Positions 11,101 to 19,009 of a stretch of DNA of 40,220 nt are shown piece after piece. How positions within the stretch are numbered: the first letter of the stretch is position 1; every line of letters begins with the position of its first letter. Source of the stretch: a virus (Duplodnaviria > Caudoviricetes); the IMG/VR virus record IMGVR_UViG_3300030330_005698, positions 1-40,220 of that record. The stretch is one strand, 5' to 3'. The notes under the pieces are model-generated. The model made no database searches and was not told where the DNA came from. It saw nothing but the letters and a program-made list of their open reading frames with translations. Position numbers and translations under genes: made by a program.

Positions 11101-11282
11101 TTGATGAAGGCTTTGGAAACCTAGACACAACAAGTCTAAATTCAATATTTATGTTGTTTGGATATCTTAAAACAGAGTTTGACTTTTTATTTATAATTAG
11201 CCATATAGATGTTATGAAAGATATCATGGACGATTTAGTAGAGATTAGTGTAGAAAGAGGTTATAGTAAGGTTAATTACTAG
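8130..11282 (+). CDS. Fused Mre11/SbcD nuclease - Rad50/SbcC ATPase (T4 gp47-gp46-like recombination nuclease)
   Basis: Metallophosphoesterase motifs HIADVH, GGDIVH, GNHD and LGDIH come first. They are followed by Walker A AANHSGKS, a Q-loop, a coiled coil with CDFC zinc hook, signature LTSGME, Walker B LAIDEGFG and H-loop ISH. Confidence 0.92.
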   Translation: MTVKNIKLPFEKINHIVHIADVHIRNYKRHREYRQVFRKLYKQIRTTPKETLIYVGGDIVHTKTDISPELVQMVSDFFNTLANIRPTIVITGNHDANLNNKSRMDSLSPIVKNLDNPNLHYLKDSGVYVLGDCAFTVMSVFDDPSEYLKSSASPNEKTKIALYHGTVHNSETDIGYVVDNPDVELKKFSGYDYVMLGDIHKQQYLNKSKTVAYSGSLIQQNFGESFKRHGIILWNLLTKKSEFIEIDNDYGYYTVEVKDGKPLNLSDIPPKPRLRVRTENTTVADVKKIVIDLKKKYKVQDVIVLRSDKISDKKSPYSNGLELTKNVRSAECQNDLLKEYLDKRFDIDDEMLKRIQTINRELNKYLQEIDISRNISWKPKLFEFSNMFSYGEGNIVNFETMKGSIGAFAANHSGKSALLDAVSFCIFDRCSRSRHGMDVMNNKKKTFYCKLNFEIEGINYFIERRGKRFKNGGVRVDTDFWMIDEANEKISLNGEQRRDTNKNIQGYLGTYEDFTLTALSVQNNNTGFIEKTQTEKKDLLAQFLDITVFEELYQLANEEIRDVHALLKDFKNTDFETELVDCESQYENVNSLYSEKTKHLDILKKQLKKLNDKVAQKNKKLITISTPPLSLESLNSKLISLTTEISENENKLEKYDKYTEENKTDFINITRELEKISEQSILENKNTYDLDLQKKDKLNIDLDKLKIIITNKLDKLKAIGQFDPNCDFCKNTPFVRSAFEIEKTLLVDKQNAVQIKNQILSLDNILKNSTATADYDNMVNLKDRVNTIKQYQNEIKLKRAQREIKISNVTNSINECKTQIQIYHDNKKSIKYNDKLQLEIGNLEHEITSKELEISSHNNDLRTTYSELMVLQNRIQSIKNSIAKADELEKRSNAYEYYLNAISRDGIPYELISNIIPHIEDEVNLILSQIVDFRIVFHIDGKNINTHIAYDNDNSWPLELTSGMEKFISSLAIRVALINISNLPRPNFLAIDEGFGNLDTTSLNSIFMLFGYLKTEFDFLFIISHIDVMKDIMDDLVEISVERGYSKVNY

Positions 11283-11290
11283 ATTACTTT

Positions 11291-11299
11291 ATATTTATA
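11291..11299 (+). promoter_or_regulatory. Putative late promoter motif ATATTTATA
   Basis: Intergenic, between the replication islet and the tail gene, upstream of AGGAG at 11322. Confidence 0.55.
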
Positions 11300-11335
11300 A
11301 TAGAGTAAATAAAGTAATAATAGGAGTTATTCACT

Positions 11336-14300
11336 ATGTCAAATTCTGCTGTTGTAAGGCGGCTTGACCTTAAACCTACGTATATAACAGACACGTCTGA
11401 TAGTTCAGGTGATTTTTTTAGAGTTACGCAAATACCTAATATATTTAAGTTAGGTACTAACACTATAAAAATAAATCCAGACCCAGAGCGTTTACAGCCA
11501 GGCACTACAGTTGAATTGGAAGTTTTAGACCGTAGGTTATTGGCATTACCAACTCAAATTTTACCAGGTGTTGATGGGTCCGGTAGAAAAACTGTCGAGA
11601 TAGAAGTAGTTGGCTCAACTCCACCTGAAGAAATAACAATAACAATCATTGGTGATTTAAGAAGGTCACTATTACCTCCAGGGTTCAACCCGTCTAGAAG
11701 CGTAAAGTGGTCAAGAACAATAATTGCTGACCCTCTTGAAGTAACTATAGATGGTAGTGTTTCTGGTTCATTGTTATCAGGGTCCATGTTTATAGGTAAT
11801 GGTGTATCAAATGGTTTACAACTTAAAGGTGATGAAGAAGGTGCATTTTTAAGGTCACAAGGTTATTTTGGATTTGAAAATGCAACATCAGGTGTAGGTA
11901 ATGGTTTTTTACTTTATAGTGGTTCAATATTACCTAATAGTGGTGATGAATATGGTGGTGTTGGTTTGGAAATGGTTATTGACCAAAATAATTTTTTCAA
12001 ATATAGAACATCAGATAACTCAATAGATATTAGAACACAAAAATTCTTTTTTGGTAGTTCTTCACAATTTATATCAGGTTCAGATGGACAAATAGAAATT
12101 AGTTCATCAAACTTTCACCTAAATAAAGATGGTGAAGTTGTTTTACAAGGAACAATTACTGCACAGGCTGGTGGTGACATTGGTGGATGGCATGTTGGTA
12201 CAAGTGTACTATCATCGAGTAATAATACCGTTAGGTTAGACCCTGATGGTCCATATTTTATATCTTCTTCAGGATTTCAAGTTGATGGTGCAGGTGCTAT
12301 AACTGCAAGTGCTGGTTTAATAGGTGGCTGGGAGGTACCAACAGGTTCAGCACTAGATGGTTTCTTTTCTAGGGATAGTAATGGTGGAGTTGTATTAGAC
12401 TCTGCTCAAAAAATTCTTAGGATATTAACTGGTAGTGCAACTACTGATACCATTATAGAGTTAGGTCAAATTTCAACAAATAAATATGGAATAATTGGTA
12501 AAAAGTTTGGAACAAATAGTACTACATTCAAATTAGGTGAAGATGGAAATGAAATTGCCGGTATAACTTTTGATGACGGAAAATTAAATGTTGGTAGCAT
12601 ATACCACATTTCAGCATCAACAAAATTAGATGACCCAATTGGATTTATAAGTTCATCACAGTTCAAAGTATCACCATCTGGTAAAATAACAGGTAGTGAA
12701 GTACTTCTTGGTAATAAGGCTGGTGGAAACTTTTTACAATTTGCTGGAAGTACATTAACAGTACAAGGAACAATTACCGCTGATAATATTCGTACACCGG
12801 CATCAATAGGAGGTTCACCATCAACGGAAGCAAATGCTTCAGCATCTATAAAGTCAGATGGTTTTGCACGATTTGTTTCTGCAAGTATTGGTGGTTGGAG
12901 TGTAGATGAAGGTACACTAACAGATATTAGTGGAGCAGTTAAACTTGATTCACAAGGACCATATTTTATATCATCGTCAGGATTTCAAATAGACGAAACT
13001 GGTGCCATAACTGCAAGTGCAGGTAACATTGGTGGCTTTGTAATAGATAGTGATTCTATAACATCAACTGGAATTGCAATTAGGTCAGGAGATGCAATTG
13101 AACTTGGAAGTGCAACTGCAATTGGTACTGGGCAAGGAGTATTTTTAGGAAATGATGGTACATTTAGAGCAGGTAACCCAGCTGGCCAACAAATAAAATT
13201 TGACGGTACAAACATAGTTCTTAGTTCATCAGCATTTTATCTTGGAGGAGGTAGTCAATTTATATCTGGGTCTAGTGGAAATATTGAAATATCATCAAGT
13301 AACTTTCATTTATTAGGAGGTAACATAACAGCAAGTAATGTTTCATTAACAGGTACTATAACAGCAACAGATGGAAAGATTGGAGACTGGAATATAAATG
13401 GCTCATCTCTTTTGTCCTCTGGCTTTAGCAATGTAGCAACTGGAGCCGGTATTAGAATAGAAGGTGATTCAAATCCTAGAATATATGTTCAATCAGGTAG
13501 TACAGCCGAACAAGTTTCAATGTTCTTTACATCGGATAATAGTTGGGGTATAATAGGTAAAAGTAATAATAACAATGTATTCCAATTAGGTTCTACAAAT
13601 CAAATTGCTGGATTTACATTTACTACTACAAAGATAATAACATCAGGTGTTGAACTAGCAAATGCAGACTCCAATGCTTTATTTATATCATCAAGTGCAT
13701 TTAAGGTTTCACACACTGGTAATGTAACTGCAAGTAATGTTGATTTATCTGGAAAAATAACTGCAACTGAAGGTGAAATTGGTGGATTGACAATTGGTAA
13801 TAAATCATTATCTGTTCCAAACATATTTCAAATTTCATCATCCAATAACGATGAAGATGCAGTTGGATTTATAAGTTCATCACAATTCAAAGTATCACCT
13901 GTAGGCTCTGTAACTGGAAGTTCAATACTTATTGGTAATAAAGCCGGTGGAAACTTTTTACAGTTTCAAGGTAGCACTCTAACAGTTCAAGGTAGTATCA
14001 CAGCAGATAATATTAGAACTCCAGCACAAATAGGTGGTGTATCATCAACAGATACCAATGCATCATCATCTATAAAGGCAGATGGTTTTGCACGATTTGT
14101 TTCAGGTACATTTGGTGGAATAGACTTTGTTAAAGGAAAGCTTTTTGTAGTGCGTGGTGAGGATTCTAATGTATACCACATATCATCATCACTAAATGTA
14201 GAAGACCCAGTTGGATTTATAAGTTCATCAAAATTTCAAGTAAGTGCTGGGGGAAATGTAACAGGTAGTAATGTATTGTTTGATGGTGGAAAAATTGCAG

Positions 14301-16618
14301 GCTGGAATATAGATAGTGGAAAATTATCTAATACTGGAGTACGTTTAAGTGCAAGTTATGGTGTAAAGGCATTTGGAACAACGGGCGAAAATTCAGACTT
14401 TGTAGAATTGTTTTACATTGATGATAGTAATTATGGTATAAGAGCTGCAAGTGCAAGTAATTCAACATTTAAGTTAGGAAAGATTAATCAGATAGCAGGT
14501 TGGACATTTGATAATGAAAAGTTAACCGGTGGTTCAATGATAATTAGACAAGATGGAACTATTGAATCAGACGGGTTTGTAAGTGACCAGGCAGGTTCAG
14601 GTTTTAGGTTAACAGCAGCGGAAGGTGGATTCTTAGAAGTAGAAAATGCAAAAATAAGAGGTACATTATCAACAGCTGTTTTTGAAAAAGAAACCGTTAA
14701 TGCAGTAGGTGGCCAACTATATGTTGCAAATGCTACAACTTTAACTGCATCAGCCGACCACCCTGGTGGACGTCATGCTCCAACGGACACTACAATGTCA
14801 GTTTCAAATGTTTCAGGATTTGCTATAGGTGAAATATTAAGTATTAAAAAAGTATCACCAACTGGATTTACTACTGAATATGTTAAAATATTATCTGCCT
14901 CACGTGATGATGCTGGAAGTGCAACAAACTTTGGTGGACTAATAACAGTTGAAAGAGGATATAGTGGTTCAACAACAGGTGTCACTAGTTCATTAGGAGA
15001 TACTGCAGGACCAGCACAAGCATATACTGGTTCACAAGTGGTTGTATCAACTGGTAAGTCAGGTTCAGGATATATTAGATTAAATGCAAACCCAGCTGAC
15101 ACAACAACTCCGTTTATAGATATTGTTGAACGAACAGGTAGTGATGTATACGCTGTAGACTTAAAAGCAAGGTTAGGTGACTTATCAGGAATATCTGATA
15201 CTATTGGTGGCACTGAAGTTTCAGGGTTTGGTTTGTACACTGATAATGCTTTCTTAAAAGGTGGTATTGCTGCTACGTTTGGTGAAATTGGAGGTTTTGG
15301 TATAAGTGCAACAACTATATCATCGTCAAATAATAATTTAATACTTAAAGATAATGGACAAATAACTGCAAGTAACATTGATTTGTCTGGAAAGATAAGT
15401 TCATCGGTTGGTTCAATTGGTGGATTTGACATACAGGCCGGTCAACTTAGGGCTGGGGCTGGAACAATAAAAATGTCAGCGGCTGATAAACAATTCGTTC
15501 TTGGTTCAGGTAATGACATTATGGTTTTAGATGCAAATGTTGGTATTCATTTAGGTAGTTCATCATTTAACGAAGCACCTTTTAATGTAAATATGGATGG
15601 GGAACTTAAATCAACTACAGGTAACATTGGTGGATTTACAATAGGCTCAACCTCACTATCATCTGGTACTAGTGTAAAAATAGGAAACACAAGTGATGCA
15701 TCAAATCTATTTTTAAGTTCAAGTAACTTCAAAGTAAGTCATGCTGGAAATATAACTGCAAGTAATGTTTCACTAACAGGTAATATTACGGCAACATCTG
15801 GACAAATTGGTGGATACACAATAGGAAATAACACCATATCTGCAGGACCTACAGCAACACAAGGTATTGTAATATCAGCATCATCAGCACCAAAAATTAT
15901 AGTTGGTGATATGACAAACACTGGAAATAGAGTTGCAATGTTTATGACTGACGTAAACAACTTTGGTTTTTTAGCTATAGATGATAATGATGATTTATTG
16001 TTTAGATTAGGAAAGGCTGGAGGAATTGCAAACAATACAATTGCAGGTTGGACTGTTTCAGCAAACGCAATTCAAAAAAGTACAAATGTAGTATTAGATT
16101 CTAGTAACAAAAAAATATCTATAAGTGATAGTACATTTGGAAACACAGGTATTCAATTGGATCACAATTCAGGAACTCCTAGATTCTTCGCTGGTAAAAG
16201 CAATGGTGCATTTTTTAAGTTTACTGGAACCGACTTAGCAATATCATCTTCAGGCCTAACTGTTGATACTGATGGGTTTGTAACAGCAACTAATTTTTCA
16301 GAAAGAATCGTAGAGGTGACAGCTGCTAATTCATCATCATACTTTGAAAATATGACCGTTAGTGGCCTTGGAAGGGTAAGGCTAATTTTAGATGGTTCAG
16401 GTGGTGGAGACATTACTATGAACTTAAGATTAAAGGTTGTACCATATAATACAGCAGTGTCTGAGCATCGTCCTATTGGTGATGTAAAACTACCACTGCA
16501 AGCAGCTGACCAGTCTGCTGGTTCTGTAAATTTGTTTATAGATGTAAATGGTGTACAATTTGATGATGGTGAAATAGCAGGGTCTGGCTTTAGAGACATC
16601 GATAGGCTTGGCGGTTAA
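11336..16618 (+). CDS. Large tail/fibre-like structural protein (1760 aa) with internal repeats
   Basis: Repeated GxITAxxGxIGG[WF]xI units typical of phage tail spike and fibre shafts, with several duplicated blocks. Ser/Gly-rich. Confidence 0.7.
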   Translation: MSNSAVVRRLDLKPTYITDTSDSSGDFFRVTQIPNIFKLGTNTIKINPDPERLQPGTTVELEVLDRRLLALPTQILPGVDGSGRKTVEIEVVGSTPPEEITITIIGDLRRSLLPPGFNPSRSVKWSRTIIADPLEVTIDGSVSGSLLSGSMFIGNGVSNGLQLKGDEEGAFLRSQGYFGFENATSGVGNGFLLYSGSILPNSGDEYGGVGLEMVIDQNNFFKYRTSDNSIDIRTQKFFFGSSSQFISGSDGQIEISSSNFHLNKDGEVVLQGTITAQAGGDIGGWHVGTSVLSSSNNTVRLDPDGPYFISSSGFQVDGAGAITASAGLIGGWEVPTGSALDGFFSRDSNGGVVLDSAQKILRILTGSATTDTIIELGQISTNKYGIIGKKFGTNSTTFKLGEDGNEIAGITFDDGKLNVGSIYHISASTKLDDPIGFISSSQFKVSPSGKITGSEVLLGNKAGGNFLQFAGSTLTVQGTITADNIRTPASIGGSPSTEANASASIKSDGFARFVSASIGGWSVDEGTLTDISGAVKLDSQGPYFISSSGFQIDETGAITASAGNIGGFVIDSDSITSTGIAIRSGDAIELGSATAIGTGQGVFLGNDGTFRAGNPAGQQIKFDGTNIVLSSSAFYLGGGSQFISGSSGNIEISSSNFHLLGGNITASNVSLTGTITATDGKIGDWNINGSSLLSSGFSNVATGAGIRIEGDSNPRIYVQSGSTAEQVSMFFTSDNSWGIIGKSNNNNVFQLGSTNQIAGFTFTTTKIITSGVELANADSNALFISSSAFKVSHTGNVTASNVDLSGKITATEGEIGGLTIGNKSLSVPNIFQISSSNNDEDAVGFISSSQFKVSPVGSVTGSSILIGNKAGGNFLQFQGSTLTVQGSITADNIRTPAQIGGVSSTDTNASSSIKADGFARFVSGTFGGIDFVKGKLFVVRGEDSNVYHISSSLNVEDPVGFISSSKFQVSAGGNVTGSNVLFDGGKIAGWNIDSGKLSNTGVRLSASYGVKAFGTTGENSDFVELFYIDDSNYGIRAASASNSTFKLGKINQIAGWTFDNEKLTGGSMIIRQDGTIESDGFVSDQAGSGFRLTAAEGGFLEVENAKIRGTLSTAVFEKETVNAVGGQLYVANATTLTASADHPGGRHAPTDTTMSVSNVSGFAIGEILSIKKVSPTGFTTEYVKILSASRDDAGSATNFGGLITVERGYSGSTTGVTSSLGDTAGPAQAYTGSQVVVSTGKSGSGYIRLNANPADTTTPFIDIVERTGSDVYAVDLKARLGDLSGISDTIGGTEVSGFGLYTDNAFLKGGIAATFGEIGGFGISATTISSSNNNLILKDNGQITASNIDLSGKISSSVGSIGGFDIQAGQLRAGAGTIKMSAADKQFVLGSGNDIMVLDANVGIHLGSSSFNEAPFNVNMDGELKSTTGNIGGFTIGSTSLSSGTSVKIGNTSDASNLFLSSSNFKVSHAGNITASNVSLTGNITATSGQIGGYTIGNNTISAGPTATQGIVISASSAPKIIVGDMTNTGNRVAMFMTDVNNFGFLAIDDNDDLLFRLGKAGGIANNTIAGWTVSANAIQKSTNVVLDSSNKKISISDSTFGNTGIQLDHNSGTPRFFAGKSNGAFFKFTGTDLAISSSGLTVDTDGFVTATNFSERIVEVTAANSSSYFENMTVSGLGRVRLILDGSGGGDITMNLRLKVVPYNTAVSEHRPIGDVKLPLQAADQSAGSVNLFIDVNGVQFDDGEIAGSGFRDIDRLGG
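12641..14103 (+). repeat. Intragenic direct repeat pair (~240 nt; 12641-12879 and 13865-14103, offset 1224 nt)
   Basis: Both copies encode GFISSSQFKVSP...GNKAGGNFLQF.GSTLTVQG.ITADNIRTPA.IGG..ST..NAS.SIK.DGFARFVS. Both start ggatttataagttcatcaca and end gatggttttgcacgatttgtttc. Confidence 0.9.
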
Positions 16619-16637
16619 ACAACATAAGGAATAAATT

Positions 16638-17855
16638 ATGGGAAACACAGTTAATTTAACAGAAGGTGAAGTATATAGATTTGGAAAAATAGATAACCAG
16701 GCCTTTATACTTGACAGTTCAGATGGTGCTGGTGGTGCTTTTATTACTAGACCATCTGCTGCTGGGTCAATAGTGGATATGACTGAAGCAGGTAATAATG
16801 GAACTTTAGAAATAAGAAATAGTGCTGGTAATCAAAATGTTCCACAATTACTAATTCACAATAACAGTACTAGTGCATTGGCAGATTCATATATAGAGTT
16901 TCAAAGTCAAAATCAAGGAGCAGCTGATGTTCATTGGAGTATAGGCATAGATACTAATGATACAACTGCTTTCAAAATTAGGAATACTACTTCAGTAGGA
17001 GGTAATGCAAGCGTTGAGTTAAAGACAGATGGTAGTGTTGAGCTGTGCGAGAACCGGGTAGTATTTGGAGGTGGAAACTCACATGGTAGTTCAGCAACCA
17101 TATCAGGAAATAGTGGTGATATAATATTTGAGGTTTCTGGTGATAGTGATAGTATGTTCATCCAAAATATAAATTCAGGTGACTACTTTTTTGGAAACTC
17201 ACAGCAAGACAATGGAATTGCATTTTTTGATGGTACTGGTGGAATGAGGTTTTATTACAACGGTGAAGCAAGAATGCATATAGATAACACAGGTGGAGTA
17301 GAAATATATAGGGATTCCGTTGGAGGAAGGGCATTAAGACTTGAAGGAGATGGTGGTAATTTTTCATATATTCTAGATATAGCATCACTCAATTCTGCAA
17401 GTTCAGTTAAGGTTGTTGCAATTGCACAAGGTTCTGGTGAATCTGAAACTTTAATACTTGAATCAAATGGCGACATACAACATGCTGGAAGTATAAGCGC
17501 AATATCAGATGAGCGTATGAAAAAAAATATTGTAAGTCTAGATAGTGGTTCATTAGATAAAGTGCTTAAACTTAATCCTATTAATTTTAACTGGAAAGAT
17601 GAATATGATCTTGATAGCACTATTAAAAAGACAGGCTTTTCTGCACAAGCAGTTGAAAAGATATTTCCAGAAATGGTTAAAATAGTTGATGACGTAAATT
17701 GTGAACCTAGAAAAAATGGAGGTAAGGGTATGAACACAGGCTTTTCAGATAGAAGACTGCTAAATGAAAAAGATATGATACCTCACTTAGTAAAATGCAT
17801 TCAAGTACTAACTGAAAGGGTAACTGAACTGGAAAATAAACTAGGAGGCAATTAG
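16638..17855 (+). CDS. Tail fibre/spike protein with C-terminal peptidase S74 intramolecular chaperone
   Basis: ISDERMKKNI autocleavage motif, then LNPINFNWK, GFSAQAVEKIFPEMV and a C-terminal coiled coil LVKCIQVLTERVTELE. Confidence 0.85.
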   Translation: MGNTVNLTEGEVYRFGKIDNQAFILDSSDGAGGAFITRPSAAGSIVDMTEAGNNGTLEIRNSAGNQNVPQLLIHNNSTSALADSYIEFQSQNQGAADVHWSIGIDTNDTTAFKIRNTTSVGGNASVELKTDGSVELCENRVVFGGGNSHGSSATISGNSGDIIFEVSGDSDSMFIQNINSGDYFFGNSQQDNGIAFFDGTGGMRFYYNGEARMHIDNTGGVEIYRDSVGGRALRLEGDGGNFSYILDIASLNSASSVKVVAIAQGSGESETLILESNGDIQHAGSISAISDERMKKNIVSLDSGSLDKVLKLNPINFNWKDEYDLDSTIKKTGFSAQAVEKIFPEMVKIVDDVNCEPRKNGGKGMNTGFSDRRLLNEKDMIPHLVKCIQVLTERVTELENKLGGN

Positions 17856-17890
17856 AACAACTAGAATCATCTTAAATAGTATTTAATTTG

Positions 17891-17899
17891 ATATTTATA
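17891..17899 (+). promoter_or_regulatory. Putative late promoter motif ATATTTATA
   Basis: Intergenic, 17 nt before the ATG at 17917. Confidence 0.5.
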
Positions 17900-17916
17900 T
17901 TATAGGTACAACATAG

Positions 17917-18282
17917 ATGGCAAATAAGACAAAAATAAAATGGAAAGATGCTGTCATCAAATGGGATGATGCAAAAAGTGAACAAGATGCATACAATGAT
18001 GAGTTCGGCCAATTTGAGTTTACCTGGAATGATGTAGTTTTAATTGAGGAGATTATTGATGCTGTTGCTGGTGAAGGAACTGGTGGTAGTGTACAATCAT
18101 ACGTAGAAAAAGCCGAAGACGAAAAAAAGAAACGTCTTGTTAGATTGGTCATGAGAAGACGAGGTATTAAAATGTATGATGAACAAAAAGAAGTAAAAAA
18201 CATAACTGCACATGTAAAAGATATTGAAATGATTGTAGAAGAAGTAAAAAAATCAATCCAATTGGAGAATATAAATGTATAA
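17917..18282 (+). CDS. Hypothetical protein
   Basis: 121-aa ORF with Trp-spaced N-terminal repeats (IKWKDA-VIKWDDA...FTWNDV). It overlaps the start of the next gene. Confidence 0.7.
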   Translation: MANKTKIKWKDAVIKWDDAKSEQDAYNDEFGQFEFTWNDVVLIEEIIDAVAGEGTGGSVQSYVEKAEDEKKKRLVRLVMRRRGIKMYDEQKEVKNITAHVKDIEMIVEEVKKSIQLENINV

Positions 18283-18997
18283 GCTATATACTGACAAAAC
18301 TGAAGTTTTTGAATGTGATATTCAATTAACAGGCGCTAGTCTAAAAAATTCACAAGCAAGACTAATCATTGAAACATCAGATGTAAATTTACTTTTCAAA
18401 GGTGAAATATTGAAAGGCGGAAAATGTAGAGTTCCTGTTAAAAAGTTAAAAGGAATTCTAGGTGAATCATCTGAAGGAAAAATAAAGCTAGAGGTTATAG
18501 CAGATGATACATATTTCAATCCATGGGAAAGTGAGTTTAAGGTTGAAAGTAGTAAACAAATTAGAGTTGAAGTAAAATCACAATCATCAAACATAGTAAA
18601 AGACGAATCCCCAAAAATGAAAGTAAGTGTTTTAGGCGAAAATAATTCAACAAGCAATACACCTGGAACACGAGGATATTCTGCATACCTTAAAAAAGGT
18701 GATGTTAAAAAACAAAGAAAAAGTCTAAAAAAATCAATTGAAAAAACAACAGGTTACAAACCAGCTAATGAAGAAATTTTTATTGAAGATGATATTACAC
18801 TATCAGAAAGAAAGCATATAGTAAATATAATGAAGTTACTAATTCGTGAAGATATAAATATCAAAAATCTTTCAATAAAAAAGAATAAGCTAAATAAAAT
18901 AGTTGCAGTATACACAAAGAGATTTCCAATAAACGAATCTGTAAAACCTAAAGTAATGGAAGGTGTTATAAAAGTACTGTCAAAACTAAAAAAATAG
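18275..18997 (+). CDS. Hypothetical protein (beta-rich N-terminal domain, basic C-terminus)
   Basis: 240-aa ORF in the operon, translationally coupled to the upstream gene. Confidence 0.7.
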   Translation: MYKLYTDKTEVFECDIQLTGASLKNSQARLIIETSDVNLLFKGEILKGGKCRVPVKKLKGILGESSEGKIKLEVIADDTYFNPWESEFKVESSKQIRVEVKSQSSNIVKDESPKMKVSVLGENNSTSNTPGTRGYSAYLKKGDVKKQRKSLKKSIEKTTGYKPANEEIFIEDDITLSERKHIVNIMKLLIREDINIKNLSIKKNKLNKIVAVYTKRFPINESVKPKVMEGVIKVLSKLKK

Positions 18998-19009
18998 GGA
19001 ATGTAGGTA

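Noticed and set aside
12641-14103. Repeat pair as a DGR template/variable repeat
   Set aside because: Both copies are inside the same CDS, differences are not adenine-specific, and no reverse transcriptase is present in the window.
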